A DNA stretch of 64,000 nucleotides from Polyangiaceae bacterium (GCA_036263015.1 DATAHU010000213.1:7683-71682), one strand, 5' to 3'; shown: positions 1-9,900, counted from the stretch's first letter. A program made the numbers and translations. Notes: generated by a model from the letters alone, not told the origin.

Positions 1-85
1 CCAAGACTGCTTGTCTGCCGCCGATCTGATCGTAAGGATTGAACATCGAGGTCGATCCTGGGTCCAGGGTTGCTGAGACCCGCCC

Positions 86-3000
86 TTAGTCGTCCGCGCT
101 GGTCGGCGGATCAAACTCCACGCCGAGCCGGCGGATCATCTTTTGTAGCCCAAAACGGGACACGCCGAGAAGCTGTGAGGCCTTGGTCTGATTGCCATGG
201 GTCTCGATCAGCGCTTTCTTCACGAGCTGAGCTTCGAGCGCATCCAAGCGCTGACGCAAGTTGAGCGTCGGCACTGGGGCAGAGCTGGGTGAGCCGATCG
301 CCGACGACAAGTGCTCCAAGCGAATCTCGTCGTCCGCCAGCACGAGCGCGCGTCGGACCTCGTTCTCGAGTTGCCGGACATTGCCGGGCCACGCTTGGGA
401 GCACAGCTCTTCGAGCACGCCGTCGCCCAGCGTGACTTGGCGCTTGGCTCCGTACTTCAGTAGAAAGTGGCGAACCAACAGCGGGATATCGTCGCGGCGT
501 TCACTCAACGCAGGGACGTGCAAGCGAATCACGTTCAGGCGATAGTACAGATCTTCGCGGAACTGACGCTCGCGCACCATGCGCTCGAGATCTTTGTGGG
601 TCGCAGCGATCACGCGCACATCGACGTGGATCACTTGCTCCGAACCCACGCGTCGGATTTCACCGTTCTCGAGGCAGCGCAATAGCTTTGCTTGCATCGC
701 CAGACTCGTGTCCGCGATCTCGTCGAGGAAGAGCGTGCCGCCGTGCGCGACTTCGAACAACCCCGCGTGATGACGCGAGGCTCCCGTGAAGGCGCCTTTG
801 ACGTGTCCGAACAACGTCGATTCGAGCAGAGTTTCCGGAATCGCCGAGCAATTCTCGCTCACGAACGCAGCTTCGCTGCGCGGTCCGTTGCGGTGGATCG
901 CGCGTGCAATCAGCTCTTTGCCGCTGCCCGAAGGCCCCAACACCAAGACGGGGACGTCTGCAGGGACGACGCGATCGACGAGCCTGAGCAGCTCTTGGAT
1001 TGGGGCGCTCTGTCCGACGATGGCGTCGTAGTCGAAGCGCGTTTGGCGAGCGCGTGCGCGAGCCAAAGCTTGGTTTGCGACCATCAATGCGGCCTCGCGT
1101 TTGGCGAGCACTTGGGTCACGCGTGCTTCAGCGTAGCGAGCTTTGCGCACCGCTCGACGCAAGAGCAACTGATCGCGTGCGTCCGCGACGGCGACCGCAG
1201 CCAGAGTGCTCACCAGGCGCACCCAAGCCAATTCGCGCTTACCGAACGCGCCCGCGCGCATGCGGTCGTCCAGATAGGCGACCCCGAGCACTTCACCGCG
1301 CGCGATCAGCGGCACCGCCAACACGCTGCGCAACTTCAGCGCGTGAACGCTGGCGTGCGCGCTCGGGAGTTCACCTGCTGCGTCCACTGCGACGACGCAC
1401 TCGCGGGTCGCCAACGCTTGCTCGGCGAGGCTCGTGCTCAGCTTCAGTTGATCGTCGACCAAATCCTTGCGCGCCAAGTTGCGCGCGGCGCGCGGCTTCA
1501 GTCCGCCGCCGGGCGCGCGCAGCAAGAGCAATCCGCGCTCGACGGAGGTCCAACGGATCAGCGCGTCGAGGATGCGGTCGAGCAGCGCGCGCAAGTTCTG
1601 GCGCTCCGCCAAACTGTGGATCAGGGTCTCGATATCGCCGAGTTGCCCCGGCGCGACGCTTCCACTCTGGCCTGGAGTGAGCTGCGTCACCCATTCGAGC
1701 TGCGCCAGGGCGGCGCGTCGGTTGGCATCGAGCCCCGCGTGCAACTGCTTGAACGCGGCGTAGCCAGCCTCTGCCAGACGACGCGCGCTGTCGCCATCGC
1801 CGAGTCGAGCCGCCAATTGCGCGCCGTAGGAGAACGCGGGGCCGCGCGCGCTGACGGGCGCGTCCGAGTGCGTGAGGCTGACGAGCTCGGTCAAGATCGC
1901 GGCGCTCGACTCCAACTCACTGTTCGCCAAGGCCACCCGCGCTCGGGTTCCCCACCACTCCGTGCGCGCTTCTGCGCCTACGTCGCGGCTCGCGCGTCGA
2001 TCCCAGGGCTCGAGATCGTCCAGCTCTCCGAGGCTCAAACGCCGAGCCGCGACGAAGAGTGCGTCCTCGGGCTGACTTCGCCCGAGCAGCAGCTCTGCGC
2101 GCTCTAGGTGATCATGGGCTTGGGTTGACTTGCTCGAGTCACACAAGGCCAAATGCGCGAAGGCCTCGCAGCGTCGATCGCCGGAACTCTTGCTGCAGTG
2201 CAGGGCCTGCAACGCTGCACCGTGAGCCTCTGCCAGCGCGCCCGTAGCCAATAGCGCATTGGCCTTCGCCAGCGCGGCACGCGCGGCGGCGTCCCTGCGT
2301 CCCAAGTACTCGAACAACAAGTTGGCGCGATCGGAGGCGGCGATCGCGTCGCTCAAGCGCCCAAGATTCGAGCCCGTGCTCGCCACCCCGATCAAGTAGG
2401 TGGCCTCTTCGAGCAGCGCTCCCGCGCGCTCTGCGTGTTCTGCGGCTTTGCCGAACCAGTCGAAGGCTTGGCGAGGTTCATCCGCGAGTTGGGACCAATG
2501 GGCCAACGCGGCTTGTGCGCGCGCCTTGTCTTCGAGCGACTCTGCGGCTTGCAGCGCCAGCTCGAGCGCCTCTCTTGCGACCGCTGAAGGGCCGCGTTGC
2601 AATTCGACGAGCGCGCGCGCCTCCAAGAAGCGAAAACTCGTGCCGGGCGCCGCCAGCAATTGCTCCGCGCGCTTCGGATCACCCTGATCTTGTGCCAGGC
2701 GCGCGGCCAAAGCGCGCGCGTTGTCGCGCAGCGTGAGCTCTTCACTTTCGAGCAGTGGCCCGAGCAGAGCCTCGGCCTCTTGGCGATCACCGAGCCGCAC
2801 TTTGACGTGCGCTTCCTCCAAACGCGCTGGGGCGCCTTGCGTGTTGCCGAGGACCGTGAGCGCGCGGGCCATCGCGTTGCGCCGCTTCAAGATGCGCGAT
2901 AAGTGAACGCAGAAGCTGGGGCTGCTCTCGCCTGCCAACGCGCGTCGTTCGGCCTCCAGCACCGTCTGCTCGGAGGGATTCTCGGCGCCGAGCTGCAGCG

Positions 3001-4201
3001 CCAAGTCGACGTCTTCGAGCGGCCCGCTCTTGGCTGCGGGGTTTGCGCCGAACAGGGTGCGGAAAGAGAACGCCTCGGGGGGGAAGTGCTCGGCTTGCTC
3101 GAGTAAGCGTCCGAGCAGCTCTGCGTCGGAAATCGACGGCAGCTCTGCGAACTGCAAGCCCGTCACGCCGATCAAGCGCGCGAGCCACAAGCGCCGCTCA
3201 TCACGCTCGAGGGCGCCGAAATGAACACTGCTGTCGAGCTCCTTGATCCCGCGCAGCCGCGCGACCTTGGCGAGTTGCCGACAGCGCTCTTCGAGCCAAG
3301 TGGCGGCCACGCCGTCGGTATCGATCGCGAACCGGAACCCGCGCGCGACCTTCATGAGTTGCGGTGCGCGCAGCGCCACGTAGCTCTGTTCGATGCGCAA
3401 GCGCGAGCGCTCCGGATCGTGGGTATTGTCTGAGACTTGAGTGTTAATCCATGACGCGGCGGGGCGCGCTGCGGGATTCTTTTCGAGCAAGCCACCCACG
3501 AGCGCGTGCAAGTCGCGCGGCAGCTGGTCGAGCAAACGACGAGGCTCGTCGGTTTGACGCGCTTCGGGCACCAACCATTCGAGCAGCGTCAACCCGAGCG
3601 CCCACAGATCTCGGCTGCGGCCATCGCTTGGCGCTCCGCTCTGAAATTCGGGCGGCAAATAGCGCAGCGTTGCGCCGCGGGGCACGGCTGAGTTGGCCGC
3701 CTCGGCCAATCCAAGATCGATCAGTCCGCATTGCCATTCGCCGGCTTCGCTGCGCGCGGCGATCACGTTGGAGGGCTTGATGTCGCCATGCGCGACGCCA
3801 ACGGCATGCAAATCGGCCAGCGCGAGGCTCACGTCGCGCAGCGCTGTGCGTCCCAAGTTTACACGCTCGGCTTGCGACGTGGGCTGCGTGCAATCGAGGT
3901 CGGTGCCCGGGACCAACGTGCGTAGAACGCAAGGAGCCCCGGGGGTGAGCCCGCTCTGAGCGAGACTCGCAGGGACCTCGCCGACGTCCAGCACCCGAGG
4001 CAAGCGCTGCGACACGCTCAGCAGCAAGCGCTCAGCCTCGGAAGCGAGCGCTTCGGCGGTGGCCGCCGTGCCGACTTTCAGGGCGCAAAGCCCGCCAAGG
4101 ACGTCGACTCGGTAAACGCTACCGGCGGCGCCGTGTCCAAGGACTCCGTCGATGCGGAGCGTCCCTTGTGTCAACGCGATTGGCGCCCCTCGACGTTGCA
4201 T
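86..4201 (-). CDS. Ser/Thr protein kinase fused to a TPR-like region, a GAF domain and a sigma54-dependent AAA+ activator with a C-terminal Fis-type HTH (kinase-EBP fusion)
   Basis: Uninterrupted 1371-aa ORF. N-terminal kinase motifs: glycine loop LGHGAAGSVY, lysine ALKV, catalytic loop HGDIKPSN, DLG. Central helical Ala/Leu-rich repeats. GAF-like segment ...VPLIARGEVLGVAYLDD. Walker A GPSGSGKE, sigma54-contact loop GAFTGA, Walker B LFLDEI. Terminal HTH QLLGVSRFGLQKMIRRLG. Confidence 0.9.
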   Translation of the reverse strand: MQRRGAPIALTQGTLRIDGVLGHGAAGSVYRVDVLGGLCALKVGTAATAEALASEAERLLLSVSQRLPRVLDVGEVPASLAQSGLTPGAPCVLRTLVPGTDLDCTQPTSQAERVNLGRTALRDVSLALADLHAVGVAHGDIKPSNVIAARSEAGEWQCGLIDLGLAEAANSAVPRGATLRYLPPEFQSGAPSDGRSRDLWALGLTLLEWLVPEARQTDEPRRLLDQLPRDLHALVGGLLEKNPAARPAASWINTQVSDNTHDPERSRLRIEQSYVALRAPQLMKVARGFRFAIDTDGVAATWLEERCRQLAKVARLRGIKELDSSVHFGALERDERRLWLARLIGVTGLQFAELPSISDAELLGRLLEQAEHFPPEAFSFRTLFGANPAAKSGPLEDVDLALQLGAENPSEQTVLEAERRALAGESSPSFCVHLSRILKRRNAMARALTVLGNTQGAPARLEEAHVKVRLGDRQEAEALLGPLLESEELTLRDNARALAARLAQDQGDPKRAEQLLAAPGTSFRFLEARALVELQRGPSAVAREALELALQAAESLEDKARAQAALAHWSQLADEPRQAFDWFGKAAEHAERAGALLEEATYLIGVASTGSNLGRLSDAIAASDRANLLFEYLGRRDAAARAALAKANALLATGALAEAHGAALQALHCSKSSGDRRCEAFAHLALCDSSKSTQAHDHLERAELLLGRSQPEDALFVAARRLSLGELDDLEPWDRRASRDVGAEARTEWWGTRARVALANSELESSAAILTELVSLTHSDAPVSARGPAFSYGAQLAARLGDGDSARRLAEAGYAAFKQLHAGLDANRRAALAQLEWVTQLTPGQSGSVAPGQLGDIETLIHSLAERQNLRALLDRILDALIRWTSVERGLLLLRAPGGGLKPRAARNLARKDLVDDQLKLSTSLAEQALATRECVVAVDAAGELPSAHASVHALKLRSVLAVPLIARGEVLGVAYLDDRMRAGAFGKRELAWVRLVSTLAAVAVADARDQLLLRRAVRKARYAEARVTQVLAKREAALMVANQALARARARQTRFDYDAIVGQSAPIQELLRLVDRVVPADVPVLVLGPSGSGKELIARAIHRNGPRSEAAFVSENCSAIPETLLESTLFGHVKGAFTGASRHHAGLFEVAHGGTLFLDEIADTSLAMQAKLLRCLENGEIRRVGSEQVIHVDVRVIAATHKDLERMVRERQFREDLYYRLNVIRLHVPALSERRDDIPLLVRHFLLKYGAKRQVTLGDGVLEELCSQAWPGNVRQLENEVRRALVLADDEIRLEHLSSAIGSPSSAPVPTLNLRQRLDALEAQLVKKALIETHGNQTKASQLLGVSRFGLQKMIRRLGVEFDPPTSADD

Positions 4202-4324
4202 TCGAGGGGTTAGTCTGCGGGATGTCGCGGTTAAGTCAACGCGATTGGCACCCGGCGAGCCGTGCTGTTTGGGAGGAGCGGGCGCTCGTCGGAGGGCGCG
4301 ACTTCTCTCTATCTGGCGAGCGTT

Positions 4325-4579
4325 TCAGCTCTCCGCGTAAAGATTGAGCTCTTCGCGCACGCGATCCGCCGTAACGCCCGTGCGCAGGTGCTCTTTCAAG
4401 CAATCCGCGAGGGTGATCAGCAGATCATCGATGCCGTTTTCCTCGATCAATTTGGCCAAGACGCGACGCGCCTCACGCCCGTCGTCTTCGCGCAGGAACT
4501 CGCGAGCCTTTTCCACGGAAATGTCGCCGGAGAAGTCCAGTTGCATGTTCGCTAGCAGGTATTCCACCAATTCGTTCAC
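4325..4579 (-). CDS. Small acidic hypothetical protein (about 84 aa)
   Basis: The ORF track gives 4325..4684. An in-frame GTG at 4579 lies 5 nt after a strong SD (AAGGAGG, plus-strand 4581-4591 ggctcctcctt). The product VNELVEYLLANMQLDFSGD... has no signal peptide. I recognise no family. Confidence 0.5.
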   Translation of the reverse strand: MNELVEYLLANMQLDFSGDISVEKAREFLREDDGREARRVLAKLIEENGIDDLLITLADCLKEHLRTGVTADRVREELNLYAES

Positions 4580-4709
4580 CGGCTCCTCCTTGGACCACCC
4601 GAGGTCGATAGACCCCAGTGAATCCAGGCCTATAGCGGCCCGCTCTCTGCCTTCGCAAGGGTATTGACAGCGCCGCCCAAGCATTTGAGCCCGTCGGTCG
4701 ACGGGTCGG

Positions 4710-5603
4710 CTACGTCTGATGTGCGAACCACAGGGTGTAGGTGTACACGACGCTACTGGCGATCAAGAGCGCGTCGATCCGGTCCAGCAAGCCACCGTGT
4801 CCGGGCACGATGCTGCCCGAATCCTTCACCGCCGTGGAGCGCTTCAACAGCGACTCGGCGAGATCGCCCGCTTGCCCGAGCAAACCCGCCACGGCGCCTA
4901 GCACCAGCGCGTTAACGAGCGGGATTTGCGGCAAATACCAGAAGTGCGCGAGGCATGACCCAAACAGTGCGCCACCGAAAGCTCCGACGAAACCCTCGCG
5001 CGTCTTCTTTGGGCTGACGCTCGGATACAGGGGGGTTTTGCCCCAACGCCGGCCGACGAAATAGCCCCAGGTGTCTGCCATCCACGCGAACATCAACGTC
5101 ATCAGCACATAACCGGGGCCCAGCGTTCCGAGCTCGCTGCGCAAGAGCGCCAGCGGCGTGAGCAGCGCCAAGTACCAAGGTGCCGCAACTTGGGCGAGCA
5201 AGCGCCCAGCTGCGCTCGGGATCTCACCGGGACGCAGCACTGGCACGAGCACGCTGACGATCGTCGTGCCGAACAGCAACGTCAAAAGCACGCGCGCATC
5301 GTGAACCCCGAAGTACAACCCGGCGGACACCACCAACGACGTGGCCACGCCGAGACCGCGCAGCACGCGGTCCTGCGGGTGGGTCATCGCATAGACTTCC
5401 GTCGCGGCGATGCCGGTGGCGCAGAAGATCATCACGTACCAACCCCAAGCTGGTCCACGGAACAGCAACCAAAGCAGAAGGGGCGAGGCGACCGCCGCCG
5501 TCGTGAGCCGTATCGCCAAGTTGCTCTGCACGCCGTGCGGGGGCTTATCAGCGTGCAAGCCTTGGCACAAGTCCTCGGGCCGACGCTGCCCTTTCAAAGC
5601 CAT
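4710..5603 (-). CDS. cdsA: Phosphatidate cytidylyltransferase
   Basis: 297-aa polytopic protein. The C-terminal region carries the CDP-diglyceride synthase signature KRSTAVKDSGSIVPGHGGLLDRIDALL. Confidence 0.9.
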   Translation of the reverse strand: MALKGQRRPEDLCQGLHADKPPHGVQSNLAIRLTTAAVASPLLLWLLFRGPAWGWYVMIFCATGIAATEVYAMTHPQDRVLRGLGVATSLVVSAGLYFGVHDARVLLTLLFGTTIVSVLVPVLRPGEIPSAAGRLLAQVAAPWYLALLTPLALLRSELGTLGPGYVLMTLMFAWMADTWGYFVGRRWGKTPLYPSVSPKKTREGFVGAFGGALFGSCLAHFWYLPQIPLVNALVLGAVAGLLGQAGDLAESLLKRSTAVKDSGSIVPGHGGLLDRIDALLIASSVVYTYTLWFAHQT

Positions 5604-5639
5604 GATTCTGGAGGGGACACTGATATACAGGCGGGCCCA

Positions 5640-8021
5640 ATGATGCGGCTCTGGCTCACGCGGCTGCGCACTCGAGTGCTCGTCCTCTCGGCCAGTGCAG
5701 CATTTGCCCTGGGCAAGGGCTGCGCCTCCGCGCCTTTGCCCGAGCCGACGACCGCGGGCCTGCAGTCATTGCTGCAGACGGCGGCGGGGGTGGAGATCCG
5801 CCCCGGCGAAGTCGGCTGGGAGCCGAGCCGCGGACCCGTCGCGGACGTCCTCTTGGGCCGTCGCTTGCTGTTCTTGGGCGCCAAACGCGGTCAGCTGCGC
5901 GACGTGTACCGCGCCGAAGTCACGGTCAGCTGGGAGGGCAAACCGCTGCGAGTGCGTGCGCTGCGCAATTTGACTCAGACGCCCCTGGCAGACGAATTGG
6001 CGCTGCAGGTCGCAGGTCCCTACGCCACCTATTCGACGACCTCGTTCGACAAACTCGTGGCGGTTTCGGTGCTGGCGTCCGGTTCGTCGCAATCCTTGAC
6101 GCGTCCTTTGGAGTGGTTGCGCGCTCATTGGCACGCTTACCGCGAATCGGGCGCTTGGGACGGCTTGCGTCAGACCCACTTCGATGTGTCTGGGGTTAAC
6201 AGCGTGGCGGTGGCCTTGCGCCCGCCGGTGCTGAGTCTGAACTTGGGTGCAGATCGGGAATTCGCGTTCGACCTCGAGCGCAATGCCTGGGCCGAGGGGG
6301 ATGCGGCGAACGTCAGCTTGGGCCCCGGCTCGGGCACGCGACTCTCGTTCTGGCGGGCCGCGAACGACACGAGTCCGATCTTTGGTGGATGGAGCACCGT
6401 CCGGCGTCTCTTCGAGCACGAGCCGGCGCTTGCCGTGAGCCTCGCGAGTTCACAGGGCACGTCAAAAGTGAACGATGCCGAGGAAGCAGCGCCAGCCGTT
6501 TGGCCACCGGCTTCGCTGCAAATCACGGGCGCGGAGCATGCTCCGGCCGACGGGCAATGGGTGGCTGCAGGCCCTGCGCTCGGCAACGGCGAACCTGCGC
6601 TCTTGTTCCGAACGGAGTTGTCCGCGCTCGGCCAGCGCGTCTCGTTGGTTGCGATCGACACGCGGCGCATCGAGCTGCATCTGCAATCGGGGGCGCGCTT
6701 GCCTCACCCTTGGACGGGTCCGAACGGGCCTGGACGATTACCAACCGACGTTGCAGCCCGCGAACGCATCGTGGCGGCCTTCGGCGGGGGCCTCGTGACT
6801 GACGACGCGGCTCGCTCGCTTGGGCTCACGAGTGAGGCAAAAGTCATCGTGCCGGCGCGCTCGGGGTTGCCGACTGTGGTTGCCAGCCCAGAGGGACGCA
6901 TCGGCTTTGGCACGTGGGACGAGCGCAGCAGCGCGGCAACCCCTTGGTCTCTGCTGCGCCAGTCGCTGACGCCGTTACCTTTGGACGTTCATGGCGATGC
7001 GGGCGGCCCAAGCCATACGCGTACCGCCTTGTGCCGCGCGCGCAACGGCACCTTGCTGTATACCTGGAGCGCGGACTGCACACGGGGCGCGCTGGGCGCG
7101 GCGGCCGCCCAAGCCGGCGCGCGAGTCTGCGTCGAACTCGATGACTCGCCCGACACCGGCTTCGCGTTGATTGGCGCCAATGCTGGGGCGTTGAAGAGTG
7201 AGCCCTTGTTGCCGTCGATGCGTTTGCCCGAGGGGGCCTTCGTCGAGGCCACCCCGCGCGACTTCTTCTATCTCGAGCGCATCCCGAGTGCGCTGCGTCA
7301 AGATCAGTGGGCTTGGCAATTGAGTCCCGGCACGCAGCCGGAACCTGCGTACATTCCGGGGTTGTTCAGCGCACACACTGACGTCGGTGGTCTGTCGGTC
7401 GAGTTGTTTTCGGTCGATCCCGGGCGCGCTCGGTTGAGCGTGATTGCGGGTTCCGAGGAACCGCTTTTGACCACGAGTGTTGCGCCCGTGCGTGAGCTCA
7501 GCCCCGACGAACAAGCTCGCGCTTTGTTTGCTTTCAACTTGGGTCACACGACTCGCGCGACGCGCTACGGCTTGAGCTTCGACTCGAAAGAGACGTTACC
7601 TTTGCGCCGCGTTTACCCGACGCTCGTACTGCACGGCGATGGCCGCGTGGAAGTCATGCCTGCGGGGCAAACGCCGACTCCCGCGCCCGATACCATCCTG
7701 GTCCAGCTCCCCGCGCTGTTGAGCGCCGGTGAGCTCCTGCCCAGAGCGCGCGAAGCCGGCCCACAGCGGCCTCGCGGCGCGCTGTGTGTTCACCCCGACG
7801 GGCGACTGCTGGCGGCCTTTGCCGAGCACGACAGCAGCGATCCCATTGCGCTCGTCTTGCGGGACGCGGGCTGCACGGAAGTGCTCGAACTGGACCGCGC
7901 CTCACAACACGCAGCGACGTTGTTTCGGACGGGGACCCAATTGCCGCCGCCCTCGACCAGTGAAACGTCGCTGCTCGTCGGATTGTCGCAGCCAATGGCT
8001 CAACGCACTTTTGCGTTCTGA
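5640..8021 (+). CDS. Large secreted lipoprotein, hypothetical (possible phosphodiester-glycosidase/DUF2233-like C-terminal modules)
   Basis: The track ORF is 5190..8021, but its first 150 codons run antisense to cdsA. An in-frame ATG-ATG at 5640 yields MMRLWLTRLRTRVLVLSASAAFALGKGC, a lipobox-type signal. Two related segments (ALCRARNGTLLYTW...VCVELDDS and ALCVHPDGRLLAAF...VLELDRAS) resemble the DUF2233 core. That resemblance is from memory and weak. Confidence 0.7.
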   Translation: MMRLWLTRLRTRVLVLSASAAFALGKGCASAPLPEPTTAGLQSLLQTAAGVEIRPGEVGWEPSRGPVADVLLGRRLLFLGAKRGQLRDVYRAEVTVSWEGKPLRVRALRNLTQTPLADELALQVAGPYATYSTTSFDKLVAVSVLASGSSQSLTRPLEWLRAHWHAYRESGAWDGLRQTHFDVSGVNSVAVALRPPVLSLNLGADREFAFDLERNAWAEGDAANVSLGPGSGTRLSFWRAANDTSPIFGGWSTVRRLFEHEPALAVSLASSQGTSKVNDAEEAAPAVWPPASLQITGAEHAPADGQWVAAGPALGNGEPALLFRTELSALGQRVSLVAIDTRRIELHLQSGARLPHPWTGPNGPGRLPTDVAARERIVAAFGGGLVTDDAARSLGLTSEAKVIVPARSGLPTVVASPEGRIGFGTWDERSSAATPWSLLRQSLTPLPLDVHGDAGGPSHTRTALCRARNGTLLYTWSADCTRGALGAAAAQAGARVCVELDDSPDTGFALIGANAGALKSEPLLPSMRLPEGAFVEATPRDFFYLERIPSALRQDQWAWQLSPGTQPEPAYIPGLFSAHTDVGGLSVELFSVDPGRARLSVIAGSEEPLLTTSVAPVRELSPDEQARALFAFNLGHTTRATRYGLSFDSKETLPLRRVYPTLVLHGDGRVEVMPAGQTPTPAPDTILVQLPALLSAGELLPRAREAGPQRPRGALCVHPDGRLLAAFAEHDSSDPIALVLRDAGCTEVLELDRASQHAATLFRTGTQLPPPSTSETSLLVGLSQPMAQRTFAF

Positions 8022-8875
8022 GCCAGCAGCTCAGCGAGCACTTGCTTCAACGGGGTTTTGCCGATGATCTGTTCGTGCCCCGGTTCGAAGCGAATCAGGC
8101 CGCTCAGCATCCCCGCCATCATGTCGCGGTAGAGCTCGGCGAGGTCCGTCGGAAAGCCGAAGCTCGTGAGCGTGGGTACCGCGGCATCCATCGGGGCTTC
8201 GGCGACGCGAATGGGCTTTGCCGTGAGCTCGCTCAAAACCTGTGCGGCCTTGGCAAACGACCCACGCGGTCCTTTGACGTCGACCACGCGCGTCTTGCTC
8301 GTTCCTTCCACGAGCAACTTCGCGGCCGCGATGCCGACGTCGTGAGTGGCGACCATCTCGAACTCGAAATCTGCCGGAAAGAACGACGGCAAGACGCCAT
8401 CGTTCAACATCCCGAGTGAACTGCCGAGGTTCTCCATGAAGTACGCGGCGCGCAGAAACGTCGAGTGCGTCTTGGTCAGGGTCCTCAGTTGTTGCTCCGT
8501 GTAGTGAATGCCGGCGATGGGGCCCGTACCCGCTGGCTGATGCGCCGCGATTGACGACAACAGCACCAACTGGGGAGGCTGCGCTTGTTTCGCTGCGCTC
8601 ACCAAGGCATCGGTGGTCCTGTTCTGATAATCACGGAAGCCCGGCGCGAAGCTCGGTGGGATCAGGACGTAAGCGCCTTCGACGCCGCTCAGCGCTTTGC
8701 TCAACGCGCTGGCATCGCCCAGATCCGCAATCGCGACTTCGGCTCCCTTTGCCTTCAATGCGGCAGCCTTGCTCGCGTCGCGGACGACTGCCCGCACACG
8801 CTTACCCTGCTCGAGCAGCGTTTCCGCCACGACTTTGCCGGTGTGCCCACTAACTCCCAGAACTGCGTAGGTCAT
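8000..8875 (-). CDS. NmrA-like / atypical SDR NAD(P)-binding protein
   Basis: 291 aa. N-terminal Rossmann motif MTYAVLGVSGHTGKVVAETLLEQGKRVRAVVRD. The length and layout are typical of the NmrA family. It is divergent from a LysR gene. Confidence 0.75.
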   Translation of the reverse strand: MTYAVLGVSGHTGKVVAETLLEQGKRVRAVVRDASKAAALKAKGAEVAIADLGDASALSKALSGVEGAYVLIPPSFAPGFRDYQNRTTDALVSAAKQAQPPQLVLLSSIAAHQPAGTGPIAGIHYTEQQLRTLTKTHSTFLRAAYFMENLGSSLGMLNDGVLPSFFPADFEFEMVATHDVGIAAAKLLVEGTSKTRVVDVKGPRGSFAKAAQVLSELTAKPIRVAEAPMDAAVPTLTSFGFPTDLAELYRDMMAGMLSGLIRFEPGHEQIIGKTPLKQVLAELLAQNAKVR

Positions 8876-8934
8876 CTTGTGTCGTTCCTTTCGGTTCGCA
8901 GAGTGTGGGACCGGCTTGAATATCTGAGAAGTGC

Positions 8935-9900
8935 ATGTTCACCATGTCACACATGAATGCTGTGCATGTCCCAGATTTGGACCTGAACTTGCTCAGGGTC
9001 CTTGCGGCGCTTTTGCGACATCGGTCCGTGACGCTCGCTGCGCGTATGTTGGGGTTGTCGCAATCTGCGACGAGTCATGCGCTGTCGCGCTTACGGCGAG
9101 AGCTCGGAGATCCGCTGTTCATTCGGGACAAGCAAGGCTTGGTCACGACGGCGCGCGCCGAAGCGTTGGCTGAGCCGCTGTTCCAACTATTGGGTGATCT
9201 AGAGCGCGTGCTCACACCGCCCGCGCCGTTCGATCCGCGCCAAGCCCAGAACCGCTTCAGCGTCGCGACGAACGACTACGCGGAGCTACTGGTTCTGCCG
9301 AAGCTCGTGCATCGGTTGGGCCGCGACGCCCCGAGCGTCGACTTGTGGTTTCGCGCGCTCGGTACTCAAGGCGTGCACCGCGCGCTCGAGCACAATGACG
9401 TCGTGATCGGTCCCTCGTTTCCCTCATCCGAGCTCGACGGCGCGATCGCAGCCCGGGCGCTGTTCGAAGATCGTTTCGTGAGCGTGCTTCGCAAAGGGCA
9501 CCCCGCGATGCGCAAGCGTTGGAGCGCCGAACAGTTCGCCGCTCTCGATCACCTGTTGGTCGCGCCGGGTGGCAAGCCTGGCGGCACCGTGGATACGGCT
9601 CTTGGTCGCCTCGGCCTGCGACGGCGCGTTGCCGTGGGGGTCCCCAACTTCGCCGCAGCACCGTTTCTCGTCGTTCAGACGGACTTGGTGTTGACGGTGC
9701 CGGAGCGCGTGGCGCGTTTCATCGGCCAAACTCTACCGCTCGAAATCATCGAGCCGCCGCTCGAATTGCCGAGCGTCACGATGACCCTGTACTGGCATCA
9801 GCGCTTTCAGAACGACCCCGCGCACGGCTGGTTGCGCACGCAGATCGCCACGAGTGGGACGGAGCTGGAGGGCGGTTCGAGGCAGCGCAAGCGCAAGTGA
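8935..9900 (+). CDS. LysR-family transcriptional regulator
   Basis: The N-terminal HTH LDLNLLRVLAALLRHRSVTLAARMLGLSQSATSHALSRLRRELGDPLF is classic LysR, followed by a substrate-binding domain of about 200 aa. The start is ambiguous: ATGs at 8935, 8944 and 8953. Confidence 0.9.
   Translation: MFTMSHMNAVHVPDLDLNLLRVLAALLRHRSVTLAARMLGLSQSATSHALSRLRRELGDPLFIRDKQGLVTTARAEALAEPLFQLLGDLERVLTPPAPFDPRQAQNRFSVATNDYAELLVLPKLVHRLGRDAPSVDLWFRALGTQGVHRALEHNDVVIGPSFPSSELDGAIAARALFEDRFVSVLRKGHPAMRKRWSAEQFAALDHLLVAPGGKPGGTVDTALGRLGLRRRVAVGVPNFAAAPFLVVQTDLVLTVPERVARFIGQTLPLEIIEPPLELPSVTMTLYWHQRFQNDPAHGWLRTQIATSGTELEGGSRQRKRK

Noticed and set aside
692-2107. A 471-aa plus-strand ORF, plus many other ORFs of 60-300 aa (e.g. 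1000..1680, 2392..2790), antisense to the kinase-EBP gene.
   Set aside because: These are shadow ORFs typical of high-GC DNA. The products are Arg/Ala-rich and motif-free, and the opposite strand carries a full set of kinase and AAA+ motifs.
4246-4261. TGGCACCCGGCGAGCC, a sigma54-like string on the plus strand upstream of the kinase-EBP gene.
   Set aside because: The -12 element (AGC) is poor, and it points away from any plus-strand gene. It is also part of the 19-bp direct repeat reported separately.
5190-5639. The N-terminal 150 codons of the 943-aa track ORF.
   Set aside because: This part lies antisense to cdsA and encodes Arg/His-rich nonsense. A lipoprotein signal begins at the in-frame ATG 5640.
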